Below, in pieces: positions 39,621-48,801 of a DNA stretch of 64,000 bases; within the stretch, counting starts at the first letter, position 1, and each line of letters starts with the position of its first letter. The notes under the pieces were generated by a model. The model made no database searches. It had not been told where the DNA came from and saw nothing but the letters and a program-made list of their open reading frames with translations. The DNA is from Thermoproteota archaeon (lineage in GTDB: Archaea > Korarchaeota > Korarchaeia > Korarchaeales > Korarchaeaceae). The stretch covers positions 160,001-224,000 of the forward strand of contig JALSOH010000009.1 in assembly GCA_026986575.1 (NCBI GenBank), written 5' to 3'. A program made the position numbers and the translations under genes.

Positions 39621-40208
39621 TCATGTCTCCTGCAACCTCTGGGTCCCCTTTCTCTCTCCCCTCACAGGCCTCTTACGAGGCCTCCTCGTGATGACTTTAA
39701 GATTTCTGATTTCTGAGACATCTCTCTTCAAGATCCTCCTCATGATCCCTTTACCTTCCCTCGACAGTTCGTTCCAGCTGATCACCCCGATGAGCCGCTC
39801 TCTTAGGTACTCCCTCTCGATCTCACTGATGGCTTTCCTAACTAGAATAGTGTAACTCCAAGAGAGGACCCTGATTCCCCTCCCTTCCAGCCAGAGGCGG
39901 ATGAGATCTGCCACGAGTTTCGCCTTATCTACCTGCTTAATCACCCTCCTAGGCTTCAGGGTTGTCTTGAACTCGAAAGCGTGGAGCCATGTCATCCCAG
40001 CCTCTTGAAAGAGGACTAGATCTATCTCACCCAGGATCTTCTCATTCTCACCGGATGTGCTGATGGCCGAGATGCTATGCAGGGATCTGTAGCTGGGGAA
40101 GACCATGATGACGGAGTTCCTCATGGGCATCTCATGGAGTACCTCGACCATCCCCTCGACGAGCTTGAGCTCACCATATTGGGTTGAAGCTCTGGTGAGG
40201 ATCTTCAT
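39621..40208 (-). CDS. PD-(D/E)xK nuclease family protein
   Basis: GEIDLVL...AFEFK...Q motif; probable start ATG 40208. Confidence 0.65.
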   Translation of the reverse strand: MKILTRASTQYGELKLVEGMVEVLHEMPMRNSVIMVFPSYRSLHSISAISTSGENEKILGEIDLVLFQEAGMTWLHAFEFKTTLKPRRVIKQVDKAKLVADLIRLWLEGRGIRVLSWSYTILVRKAISEIEREYLRERLIGVISWNELSREGKGIMRRILKRDVSEIRNLKVITRRPRKRPVRGERKGTQRLQET

Positions 40209-40452
40209 CCAACTCGGCCTCAATTGGATGGAATAAAAAGCAAATTGGCCGAAATTATCATGTAGTCGCCTCTCGGTGAAATTACCGGGCAGTCGTTGGA
40301 CTCGCACCCGACATGGACACAGTCCGAGCCCCTGATGCTCGCGCGAATCACGCATTCAGATGAATCCGATCGGTTAGAAGGGGATCCATCCCAGCTTCTC
40401 GGCCATCTCCCGCAAGACAGGATCTACCAGCGAGAGAAACCCGCTGGTTCCC

Positions 40453-41313
40453 TCACCCCCCCCTCTCCCTGCCGCCCAGATCGAGTCTCAAGATCTGAAC
40501 ACTTCTCGTGATGAAATGCTTGAGTATGGTGATCCTGCCCTCAAGCTCCTTCAGCAATGCGGCCAGGGATTCTATCATTTCGTTCCTCCTGAGGGTCTTC
40601 GCCTCACCTTCACTTGGTTTTCCTCTGTACCCCAGATTTCGGAGCAACCTGTACTCCATCTCACTTGGATTCGAAGGCGCCAGGTTTATTATGCCCACGA
40701 ACCTAGAGTAGAATTCCTTGATGCCTCCCATCTCATCCGCGTAGTACTGCTCCAACTTGTCGATCATCCTCAGAGTCCTCTTACAGTCTATGATGGCAGG
40801 TCTAAGCACCACCGCGTAGGAGGTGGAGAGGAAAATACTTAGAACGGTGTAACGCAGATCGAAGAAGGGAGCGCTGTCCAGTATGACGTACTTGAACTTT
40901 GAGTATACCCCGGCTTTCTCAAAGAGCCGCTTAAATATAGATCCAGGTTTCCCAGACTTCCATGCGTCGTCGATGACATCAACGAAATTCTCTCCGGGAG
41001 AGAGGATCCTGAGCGGAATGTCTCCTATCCTAGCAGGGCTCAGGTAGTCGTCCACCAGGATATTCTTCCTATGTTTGATAGAATCCTCGTACATTGCCTC
41101 TAGGGTCATCCTGCCCTCAACTACACGATCGTATGACACATTGTCCATGACAGCTAGGCTAAGACCGGCCGTGGGATCCATGTCCACCAAGAGAATGTCA
41201 TAGGGGTTGACCTTCAGGATCTTGACCAACCAGGCAGCCAGGGCTAGGGAGAGGGTGGTCTTGCCAACGCCGCCTGAGGCGGATATGAAGGATATTATCC
41301 TAGATGATGACAC
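40453..41313 (-). CDS. ParA/MinD family ATPase, C-terminus truncated by a G8 frameshift (stop at 40374-40376 if G7)
   Basis: SGGVGKTT, LLVDMDP...LS, ILDSAP; the alternative frame supplies a typical terminal helix. Confidence 0.88.
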   Translation of the reverse strand: MSSSRIISFISASGGVGKTTLSLALAAWLVKILKVNPYDILLVDMDPTAGLSLAVMDNVSYDRVVEGRMTLEAMYEDSIKHRKNILVDDYLSPARIGDIPLRILSPGENFVDVIDDAWKSGKPGSIFKRLFEKAGVYSKFKYVILDSAPFFDLRYTVLSIFLSTSYAVVLRPAIIDCKRTLRMIDKLEQYYADEMGGIKEFYSRFVGIINLAPSNPSEMEYRLLRNLGYRGKPSEGEAKTLRRNEMIESLAALLKELEGRITILKHFITRSVQILRLDLGGRERGG

Positions 41314-41710
41314 AGTTCTTATCCATGAGAGAGTAAATGATAAGTCTTATACCCAGCCTTCTCCCCATCGCGGTTACCCGTGACAGGTACCCTTCGTCCA
41401 AAGCATCAACTATATGAAGTAAACCAGCTGAGCCGATACCGGCTACCTCCTCAAGAGCCACGGCCTGACAGAATCCATAAAAGAATCTTTCGGGCTTTAT
41501 TTTCACCTCCAGAGCCTCAGTTCCCCTGAGAACATCAGCTTCAACGCCGTTGATCACTGTGTTGGCATCGCCTCCTACCGAACTTGCAAGAAGCCTGTTG
41601 AAGTCTTTCTCATCTCTCGCCATATCGAGGAGCTGGTGAAACCTGCTAGAGCGAATGAGCTGTTCGACGTCGCTCACGAGACTGGATGTCTTCATATAGA
41701 AGGATCTCAT
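41300..41710 (-). CDS. Small PD-(D/E)xK nuclease-like protein
   Basis: EADV.....LEVK......G..QA motif; overlaps the parA start. Confidence 0.6.
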   Translation of the reverse strand: MRSFYMKTSSLVSDVEQLIRSSRFHQLLDMARDEKDFNRLLASSVGGDANTVINGVEADVLRGTEALEVKIKPERFFYGFCQAVALEEVAGIGSAGLLHIVDALDEGYLSRVTAMGRRLGIRLIIYSLMDKNCVII

Positions 41711-42002
41711 GCCCCAGATATAAGTTAATTCTGGTGACGAACTCTTGACGATCTAGCATCGTTCACGACCCCCTGCGCGGTGACACATCGCCACGGCCCA
41801 CAGCTGCATCAGGCTTAAGTCCCAGTGAAGTGGCAGAGCAGCTCGAAATTTGTGGTCGCGCTTCACTATACAATGAGAGGATTTTTCCTCGAGGGTAACA
41901 GAGACGGGCTCTCAGACAATCCCCTCGAGTTGGGGAGGTCCGCAGATCGTCATCTCCTGAGGAAGGTAATAATCGATCCAAGATGAGTGGAGATGGCTGG
42001 AG

Positions 42003-43925
42003 TTAGGTCCAAGGTCTCCTCCACTTCTCCTGCCTTGGCATTAGCGATCTTACCAGCACGTATATTGTGGCCATCAGAGACGCTGCCTGCAAGAGCATGA
42101 GGAGAGGATCCCTGAACACCAGCTCCACCACATGTTTTCCCGGCTCCATGTGGATTAGTATGAGGCCCAGCTCATCCCTCTCGGGAGCCCCCGCATCACG
42201 GCCATCCACTTTGACGGTCCAGTGGGGATACCAAGCCTCCGAGACCCTCACCTCTGCGCTGGAATTGGAGCTGTACCTGAACCTTATGTAGCCATCCCTC
42301 CACTCCTCCATCTTCAGCTCGCACCCCTCGCAGCTCAGCATCGACCCCGAATCCCATCTCAGCACTTCGATGCTACCGTATCTACCCACCTCCACGAATC
42401 CCAAATCCTCAAGTAGATTCAGACCCCTGCTTACGTTCAGGTCCACCAACACGTACTTCACACCAAAAGCCGCTAGCTTCTCACCAACTTCCTTCCTACC
42501 GTTCTCGATCTCCCACTCCATCTGAACATGTTGAGGGTACAGAGGATCCCCTTGTCTGTACCATCCGTTCAAGGAGGGTTTACCAGCCAGTACTGGGGAG
42601 TAAGAGACCATGGAGCCGAGCCTGAATATGATCCCCTGCTGGTGGAACCTAAACGCGCCAGGATCTCGCCCCACCAATCGGAGCGCCCTTCCTAAGTCCG
42701 GATCGAAGTCTGTCCCTGCTAAATAGGTCATTCTTGGTGCTGATTCAACGTAGAGGGGAAATACCAAGAGGATGAGGAGGAGTGGTAGCCACCTCCTCCT
42801 CGAGAGGCCGGCAAGCATCTCAAGCAGGCCTCCCAGCGCCACTGCTGCCGACAGTTGGGTGAGGTCCAGCCACCTGTAGGGCGGGATCATACTCAGGAGT
42901 GGCAGCCTGTTCAGCCAAGGGACGGGGCCCTTAGCCCCCAAACTGAGCAGAAGGGAGACCAGAGCCAGGGACGAGGAGATTAGAGTCGATAATACCCTTA
43001 TATCCGCCTCTTGGGACCTCTTCATCACAAGTATGGAGGCTGGGAGGGAGAGGAAGGCTAGCAGCATCCTAGTGCTTCCCTGATAGAAGCTCCAAGGCCC
43101 CGAGTCGATAAAAGGAGCTACTAAGGGTACGCTCTGCCTCGTGTAGAGGTAATCAATGGAATTCTCATTCAGGAAGTGCGCCAGGTTTCTCTCTAGGATG
43201 AAAGGGAATATCCAGAAGGAAGCGATTATTAGAGCCCACACCACGGTGGAGAGAGTGTTCTTGAGTCTGAGGGCCAAGTCCTCAAGCCTCGGAGTCTCGT
43301 CGACTAGGGCAGCTAACCAGAGGAATCCGGCGAGCGGCGCCACGACTACAGCTAGGGAGTGATGCGTCAGCGGCAGTGCTGCGATCGGAAGGGCGCAGAT
43401 GGGTCTGCTGTCCCTCTCCTTAGCCAATCTTACAAAACATGCTATAGAGAGGGGTGCTAAGGAGGCGGCCACGACCCTCGGGAAGTTCCCCTCAGGTGAT
43501 ATCATTCTGAAGAGCCAGGGGTTGATGGAATAAGAGATGCCCATGATGATGGAGGGTATCTCGGAGAGCTCCAGCTCCCTACCCAGAAGGTAGGCGGATA
43601 GGGAGGCTATCACCAAGCTCAAGGTGATGATCGCCTTGTAGGCTAGAGCTGGGTCTCCCAGAGGCATGGAGGCCGCCCAGGCCATTAGATAGGAGAGGGG
43701 TGGATAGAACCTGAGGAAGGGGTAGCCGGAGTACCAGTCCTTTATCCAAGGGGAGAAGCCCTGAGAGTGCAGCTTCCATATCTTGAAGAGGTGGCCGTAG
43801 GCATCCCCTCCCCAGCCGGGGGGCAGGGGACCGGCGAGGTACATCTCCAACAATCCCGTGGCCGAGAGGAGTAGAGGAAGCGCCACTAGGCTAGCGATCA
43901 CCCCCAGCCTCCTGTCCCAGTGCAT
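42003..43925 (-). CDS. Multi-pass membrane protein, GT-C/YfhO-like (6-pyruvoyl-tetrahydropterin synthase-related annotation family)
   Basis: D..GH..K, W...WY.GYP...FYPPL, C-terminal SE.WYP.W...VDG. Confidence 0.82.
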   Translation of the reverse strand: MHWDRRLGVIASLVALPLLLSATGLLEMYLAGPLPPGWGGDAYGHLFKIWKLHSQGFSPWIKDWYSGYPFLRFYPPLSYLMAWAASMPLGDPALAYKAIITLSLVIASLSAYLLGRELELSEIPSIIMGISYSINPWLFRMISPEGNFPRVVAASLAPLSIACFVRLAKERDSRPICALPIAALPLTHHSLAVVVAPLAGFLWLAALVDETPRLEDLALRLKNTLSTVVWALIIASFWIFPFILERNLAHFLNENSIDYLYTRQSVPLVAPFIDSGPWSFYQGSTRMLLAFLSLPASILVMKRSQEADIRVLSTLISSSLALVSLLLSLGAKGPVPWLNRLPLLSMIPPYRWLDLTQLSAAVALGGLLEMLAGLSRRRWLPLLLILLVFPLYVESAPRMTYLAGTDFDPDLGRALRLVGRDPGAFRFHQQGIIFRLGSMVSYSPVLAGKPSLNGWYRQGDPLYPQHVQMEWEIENGRKEVGEKLAAFGVKYVLVDLNVSRGLNLLEDLGFVEVGRYGSIEVLRWDSGSMLSCEGCELKMEEWRDGYIRFRYSSNSSAEVRVSEAWYPHWTVKVDGRDAGAPERDELGLILIHMEPGKHVVELVFRDPLLMLLQAASLMATIYVLVRSLMPRQEKWRRPWT

Positions 43926-44020
43926 CCCTCTGTCGAGTCCCTGAACTATTTAGTAGTTTTCCCGCTCATCGACTTTGCGCCGTCCGGTGATGAGGGAATG
44001 CCAATCTTTTAGTTGAAGTC

Positions 44021-44287
44021 TTGGATGTAGGGCAGGCGTCAGTGATGCTGAGGGTGGTCCCGGTAGGTCGGGAGCTCTTGGATCTTCCCCTCCTTCTTGG
44101 GAATCCCGTCATAGAGAGGGCCTTGGGCATCCTGAAGAAGGCCCATCCCTCGCTGATATCCAAACTCTTTCTCAGAGAAGCCCCGCTAATCGTGTTCGCC
44201 AAGGAAACTGGGAGGAGGATAGCCGACATGATGGAGGAAAGGGTGATCGAGAGAGGTCATCGGAAAGCGCGAGGATGGACCTGTTGA
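44021..44287 (+). CDS. Hypothetical protein (possible fragment of a split gene)
   Basis: Short ORF overlapping the next one. Confidence 0.4.
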   Translation: MDVGQASVMLRVVPVGRELLDLPLLLGNPVIERALGILKKAHPSLISKLFLREAPLIVFAKETGRRIADMMEERVIERGHRKARGWTC

Positions 44288-44520
44288 GGGGGTTCTCCAC
44301 GCATTCGGACCTCCTGGTGTACCTGATGGATGCCTCGCTCAACACGACCCTCGACGCGGAACTGGAGGAAATTCACTGGTGGCTTCTCTCCAAATATGGC
44401 ATGCTATCGAGCCCTGTGGAGGAGCTGAATGCGAGGCTGATGGGTCGCCTCAACTACCTGAGGAGGCGGGTGCTCTCTTATCAGCTCACCTATCTGATGA
44501 GGGAGGGAGCCTTAAGGTAA
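44275..44520 (+). CDS. Hypothetical protein (possible fragment of a split gene)
   Basis: Short helical ORF with host-like codon use. Confidence 0.45.
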   Translation: MDLLRGFSTHSDLLVYLMDASLNTTLDAELEEIHWWLLSKYGMLSSPVEELNARLMGRLNYLRRRVLSYQLTYLMREGALR

Positions 44521-44582
44521 TCGCTACGTTAGGTGAGCGGTGATGGTCCAAGGGATCCCGTATCCTCCTACCGGAACCAGCC

Positions 44583-45032
44583 TCACCTCCTGAGTACCCA
44601 CTTCTCCCTTACGTGATTCCCCTCCCTATCGAATCCCAGATCTATCAGCTCTGCGGTTATGCCGTGATCCTCGAGGGCCGCGAACATGAGGTTGGTCATG
44701 TAGTGGGAGGGAGCCATCCCCGACTCCACCAGCTCTATGGAGGATTCGAGTACCGACACGCCGTACATGTCTAGAACGAGCTCGTCCTCACTTACCTTAG
44801 TCACCTCGATCCTCTCCATGTACCCCATCCTCTCTAAGAACTTGGCTACTTCCACTAGAGTATCGAGGGGGTCCTCCCTCCACCCTATCAGTCCTCCCTC
44901 CTTGGCCCTCCGGTAGCACACCCTCCCCACTTCCCTGAAGACATCCTCTGTAGCCTCCTTGCCCAACCTCTCGTTCAGGACACGACATATCCCGTAGTTG
45001 ACGAGATCCAAAAAGATGGGATCGACTGGCAT
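44583..45032 (-). CDS. Hypothetical protein, V4R-like fold possible
   Basis: L.E.LG.E....VFREVG pattern; clean 149-aa ORF. Confidence 0.65.
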   Translation of the reverse strand: MPVDPIFLDLVNYGICRVLNERLGKEATEDVFREVGRVCYRRAKEGGLIGWREDPLDTLVEVAKFLERMGYMERIEVTKVSEDELVLDMYGVSVLESSIELVESGMAPSHYMTNLMFAALEDHGITAELIDLGFDREGNHVREKWVLRR

Positions 45033-45113
45033 GCTTCTACTTGAGAGGACTGCATATTAACTTTCCGACCTAGAGAGGTTATAAGGCCCTCTCTCCTTTA
45101 GTTGGGGGATGGG

Positions 45114-45632
45114 ATGAAGTGGGTGACCCGCTCTTTCCCGGGAGTTGACAGGACCGCATCGGCATGGTTGATAAAGAGATTCGTTGATCCTGAAGCTGAG
45201 TTCATCTTAATCGACTGGCCTGAGGAGGAATTGAAGCCCGAATACGGGATACCCTTCGATATCAAGGGAGTCGAGCACGGGCACAGGGATGGCAAGTGCA
45301 CCTTCGAGGTCATAGTTGAGAGGTACTCGATCGAGGATCCGTACGTGAAGCGAATGACTGAGATCGTGCATGCCGCCGACATAAAGGGAGAGGAGAAGCG
45401 AGCTCCGGAGGAGATGGGGATCAAGGCCGTTCTGGACGGTCTCAGGTTCGTCACGAGGAGCGATAGCGAGACGTTGAGGAACGGAATGATGCTATGGGAG
45501 GCCCTATATGTTCACTTAAGATTGGAGGATCTGAAGAAGGAGCTGCAGAAGGAACTGGAATCCCTATCTAGGACGGAGAGGCTCCGCCTTCTCAAGAGGA
45601 AACTTCAGGAGAATAGAGGTATCTTAGAATGA
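45114..45632 (+). CDS. Chromate resistance ChrB-domain protein
   Basis: MKWVTR..P.VDR.A.AWLI.RF.DP.AEF, PFD..G, H..GKCTFE, IVH.AD. Confidence 0.9.
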   Translation: MKWVTRSFPGVDRTASAWLIKRFVDPEAEFILIDWPEEELKPEYGIPFDIKGVEHGHRDGKCTFEVIVERYSIEDPYVKRMTEIVHAADIKGEEKRAPEEMGIKAVLDGLRFVTRSDSETLRNGMMLWEALYVHLRLEDLKKELQKELESLSRTERLRLLKRKLQENRGILE

Positions 45633-45860
45633 TGATAGGATTCTAGGCATATCGCTCGGAGCTACGCCATCATACGCCAGCATTCCCAATAGGAGAGGTC
45701 ATTTTGGTCAAACATAGGAGTGGTATTGGATGTGAATTAGGCGTGGTGGGGTAAGCCTTATCGGCATATCTCTCAAGCACTATCTTGGGAGAAGAGAGCA
45801 CGGTTTTCATGGATATTCGGTTCGGTAAATATATATGAGAACAAGGGACTTTTGGCAGGA

Positions 45861-46397
45861 TTAATGAGGAGAGATTCGCATGTGTGGAACAAAGAGATCT
45901 CCGATAGTCCCCTCCTCGGGATGCTCATGCGCCACCCCTGACTCAGTCCTGTGTGGAGATCGGGCGTTAAGTGACTCTGCGCAATCGGAGTTTCTCTTCT
46001 TCCCGTATTGTATGTAGGCCTTTTTGATTGAGCATAGGGGTTCCAGCAACCTTCCTATCAGGAATTCTCTTATTATCGCGAGGAAGGTGACCCCAACTAG
46101 GAGAAGGGCGAAATGAACGATCCCCAGTACTATAAGGGGGGCGAAAGTCGAAACGAGCCCCAGAGTGTAGGGCACCGTGATGAATGCGGAAAGTATTGCC
46201 AGTAATATGACCAATAGAATTGAAGAGACTACCGAAAGATGGGACAGCTCTAATGCTTCCTCCAAATCTCTCCTAATGATAAGGAGCGGCGAGATGAGGG
46301 ATACAAGCGAGACGTAGGTGAAGAAATCGATCCTCCCTGCATGATGTGCCCAGCGCGCGATCCAACACCCCGACACGAGTGCGATACATGCCTTCAA
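45861..46397 (-). CDS. Hypothetical membrane protein, possibly decayed
   Basis: Hydrophobic core with atypical termini. Confidence 0.35.
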   Translation of the reverse strand: MKACIALVSGCWIARWAHHAGRIDFFTYVSLVSLISPLLIIRRDLEEALELSHLSVVSSILLVILLAILSAFITVPYTLGLVSTFAPLIVLGIVHFALLLVGVTFLAIIREFLIGRLLEPLCSIKKAYIQYGKKRNSDCAESLNARSPHRTESGVAHEHPEEGTIGDLFVPHMRISPH

Positions 46398-46475
46398 GAC
46401 TGGGCTTCAAAGCTTCACATGAATACACGATGGTTAAGCTAAATAAGTTAATCGTTAAGTATTTTTATAAGTATT

Positions 46476-47456
46476 TTATCTGTGAGATGCTGCCCATACC
46501 GTTGTTCCACCCAAGGAAAGCTGTTCCACGAGGCCCTTCTCCTTCAAATTCTTTAGGGCTTTATATATGGTTCTCGGTGGCAATCCAGTCTTTTTCTTTA
46601 TTTCCGAGGAACTCATCGGTCCAAATTGCCTTAAAACGTATAGAACAAATTTTTCAGAGGGAGAACCCCCTGTCAGACTCTCTCTCGACTTTATCAGAAA
46701 AGTATCTCCTCTCACACCCAACCTGAGACTCTCTAGCGAGAGAACATCCTCTATCCTTATATTTCCCAAGTTCACGTTAGGTCCGAGTCTCCTTATCAGC
46801 TCGACATGCTGCTTCACCAGCGGTGCCTCGAATATGATGTCCTCATGATTGAATGTCGATATCAGAGCTGAGAACCAGTCGGACTTGAGGTTCCCCTCCT
46901 CGTCGAAAAGGCAAGACGCCTTACCGAACTCCCTGCCCTCAATAATGACCTTCCACACTCTGCTGAACTCAAGCGCCAATCTTATCTCTTCTATGACGCT
47001 ACGAAGTGGAAGTTTTCTACTGGGATCCTTCTTACCTACCTCAAAAGTCACCCTGAATCCCAAGGAATGAGCATAATCTGCCAGCTCCAGCCTCTCTTGC
47101 ATGGGAATGTCCACTATACCGGAGCTTATCTCCACTATGTTGAAGCCGAGTGACCATGCTTCCTCGAATAGATCCTTGACCCTGCCCTTCACTGTTGCCA
47201 GCTCCATTAGAGTGCCGCTCAGGCCCACATCTACGTCATGCTCGTGATACAACCGGATTCTCTCCTTCAACACATCCTCGTGGATAAGGATGGGGAGTCC
47301 CCAGCCTATCTTAACGTAATCCATGTAGGGAGCCCTATACTCAAGTCCTAGACACGAGGGGGGCTGACTGAGCTTATCGAGTACCATAGTGATGCCCTTC
47401 TCTCTCGGCTTGCTGGATCTCCTCTCTACAACGCTCCTCCTCAGATCGCTTAGCAT
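46476..47456 (-). CDS. comA: Phosphosulfolactate synthase-like protein with C-terminal winged HTH
   Basis: KPR.KG.TMV.DK, VK.GWG, EIS.G, EVGKKD, IEGRE.G, FEAP...Q, GPNVNLGN, LE.LRLG.RGDT; then an HTH. Confidence 0.88.
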   Translation of the reverse strand: MLSDLRRSVVERRSSKPREKGITMVLDKLSQPPSCLGLEYRAPYMDYVKIGWGLPILIHEDVLKERIRLYHEHDVDVGLSGTLMELATVKGRVKDLFEEAWSLGFNIVEISSGIVDIPMQERLELADYAHSLGFRVTFEVGKKDPSRKLPLRSVIEEIRLALEFSRVWKVIIEGREFGKASCLFDEEGNLKSDWFSALISTFNHEDIIFEAPLVKQHVELIRRLGPNVNLGNIRIEDVLSLESLRLGVRGDTFLIKSRESLTGGSPSEKFVLYVLRQFGPMSSSEIKKKTGLPPRTIYKALKNLKEKGLVEQLSLGGTTVWAASHR

Positions 47457-47780
47457 TCACAAAGTCAGAGGTGTCTCCCAAATATAAGTTACGCTTCCTC
47501 CTCAGATTTTTAACAGGATCGTGCCATTTAGAATCACTTATTCCATGATCCCATCTTGGCAAGCAGAGGGGAGTGCATTACCGGGAAGCTCAAGCTCCCA
47601 CTAGATCAAAACGATGAAGCTTGTTCCATTGAAAGCGCATGATCGAATTGGGTATGGTACTAAGCGGTACATCATCGATCCCACTTAACTAAAACCCACA
47701 TCAAATACCCTACTGGTGCCCTCGAGCGGCCGTCTCCACACTACATATGCACATCCGCTGTCAAAAGGGCCAATTAACTC

Positions 47781-48188
47781 CTACTCATCCCCATCGATTC
47801 CCAGTACTATCGTGTCCTCAAAGAATTCAGCTATCTTTTGGTTGGAGGTCACCACGGCAGCGTCTTTGTCCATGGCCGTGGCTATCACAACGGCGTCTTG
47901 AAGAGATACCCCAGACTCCACCGCTATTCTACCGGCAGAGAGGGCTATTCCCTCATCTAACGGTACTAGGGAGATGGGCCATTTCTTCACCGCAGCCACG
48001 GTCTCGTTAGCCTTCTTAGTAGTGTACTCGCTACCTATCACGTGGTAAAGCTCTGAGATGGTTAGACAATTCACATAGATCCTCGCCTTACCTTTAGACG
48101 CCTTTTCAAGGATCTCTTCTAGGAGATCGGCCCCCTTTAAATCGGAGAGGTAAGTTATGATGGCCGTTATGTCGAGGACGAAGCTCAT
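47781..48188 (-). CDS. vapC: VapC PIN-domain toxin
   Basis: VLD.TA, SELY, SLQDAVVIATA, VVTS. Confidence 0.88.
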   Translation of the reverse strand: MSFVLDITAIITYLSDLKGADLLEEILEKASKGKARIYVNCLTISELYHVIGSEYTTKKANETVAAVKKWPISLVPLDEGIALSAGRIAVESGVSLQDAVVIATAMDKDAAVVTSNQKIAEFFEDTIVLGIDGDE

Positions 48189-48397
48189 GATGATCTCTCC
48201 CTGACCCCCCTTACCAGTTCCAGCGGGTTACCCCTGAACTTCAGGATACCCCTGCCCCTACCTGGTGGCGGCGCAACGATCACTATCTCATACCCGAAAT
48301 CCAGCACCTCTACCTCCTTGCCCGGTGAGATACCGTATTTCCTTCTTATCTTCACAGGTAAGACGAGTTGGCCCTTGGTGGAGACCTTCGTCGGCAT
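48185..48397 (-). CDS. AbrB/MazE-type antitoxin
   Basis: KVSTKGQLVLP..IRRKYGI.PG. Confidence 0.92.
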   Translation of the reverse strand: MPTKVSTKGQLVLPVKIRRKYGISPGKEVEVLDFGYEIVIVAPPPGRGRGILKFRGNPLELVRGVRERSS

Positions 48398-48414
48398 AGG
48401 ACTGACCGTTCAAA

Positions 48415-48623
48415 GTAATACGATCAAAATAAAAGTATTACCACAATGATGACGCTTCTCCTGCCACGTCACAGCAGATTATTATCGATTCTGTCATCTA
48501 AATGTTTTTAAATAGACTGATAATAGCAGTAACTTATAAAAAATCTTACATAATAAAAGCCATATTATCATTTTGACCCAGATGCTAATTTAGTAATACT
48601 AAATCTAGAAACGTATTACCACA
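48415..48623. promoter_or_regulatory. Two copies of operator GTAATAC-N13-GTATTAC(CACA)
   Basis: At 48415-48441 and 48593-48619, with identical arms and spacing. Confidence 0.7.
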
Positions 48624-48801
48624 GAGCACTCCCTAGTAAAGCTACCATCAGGGTGTGAAGCGGCGAATCAGCAGGTCACAACAAATCTCGAATGAAGGAG
48701 GTTACCCACTGGCATCAGGGCGGCAATCGAAGGCGAATCGTTCAACGCTTTATCACCAATAGGGTTAAATTAAGTGCGTAGTTGAACTATCTTAAGAGGA
48801 G

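Noticed and set aside
40453-41710. SegAB-like chromosome partition locus
   Set aside because: The partner looks nuclease-like rather than RHH or ParB, and I saw no centromere-like repeats
32000-42000. Integrated virus or plasmid
   Set aside because: No integrase, replication, capsid or att/tRNA evidence in the window
43987-44051. Possible C/D-box sRNA (GTGATGA...CTGA)
   Set aside because: No convincing internal D'/C' boxes; overlaps a likely RBS and coding region
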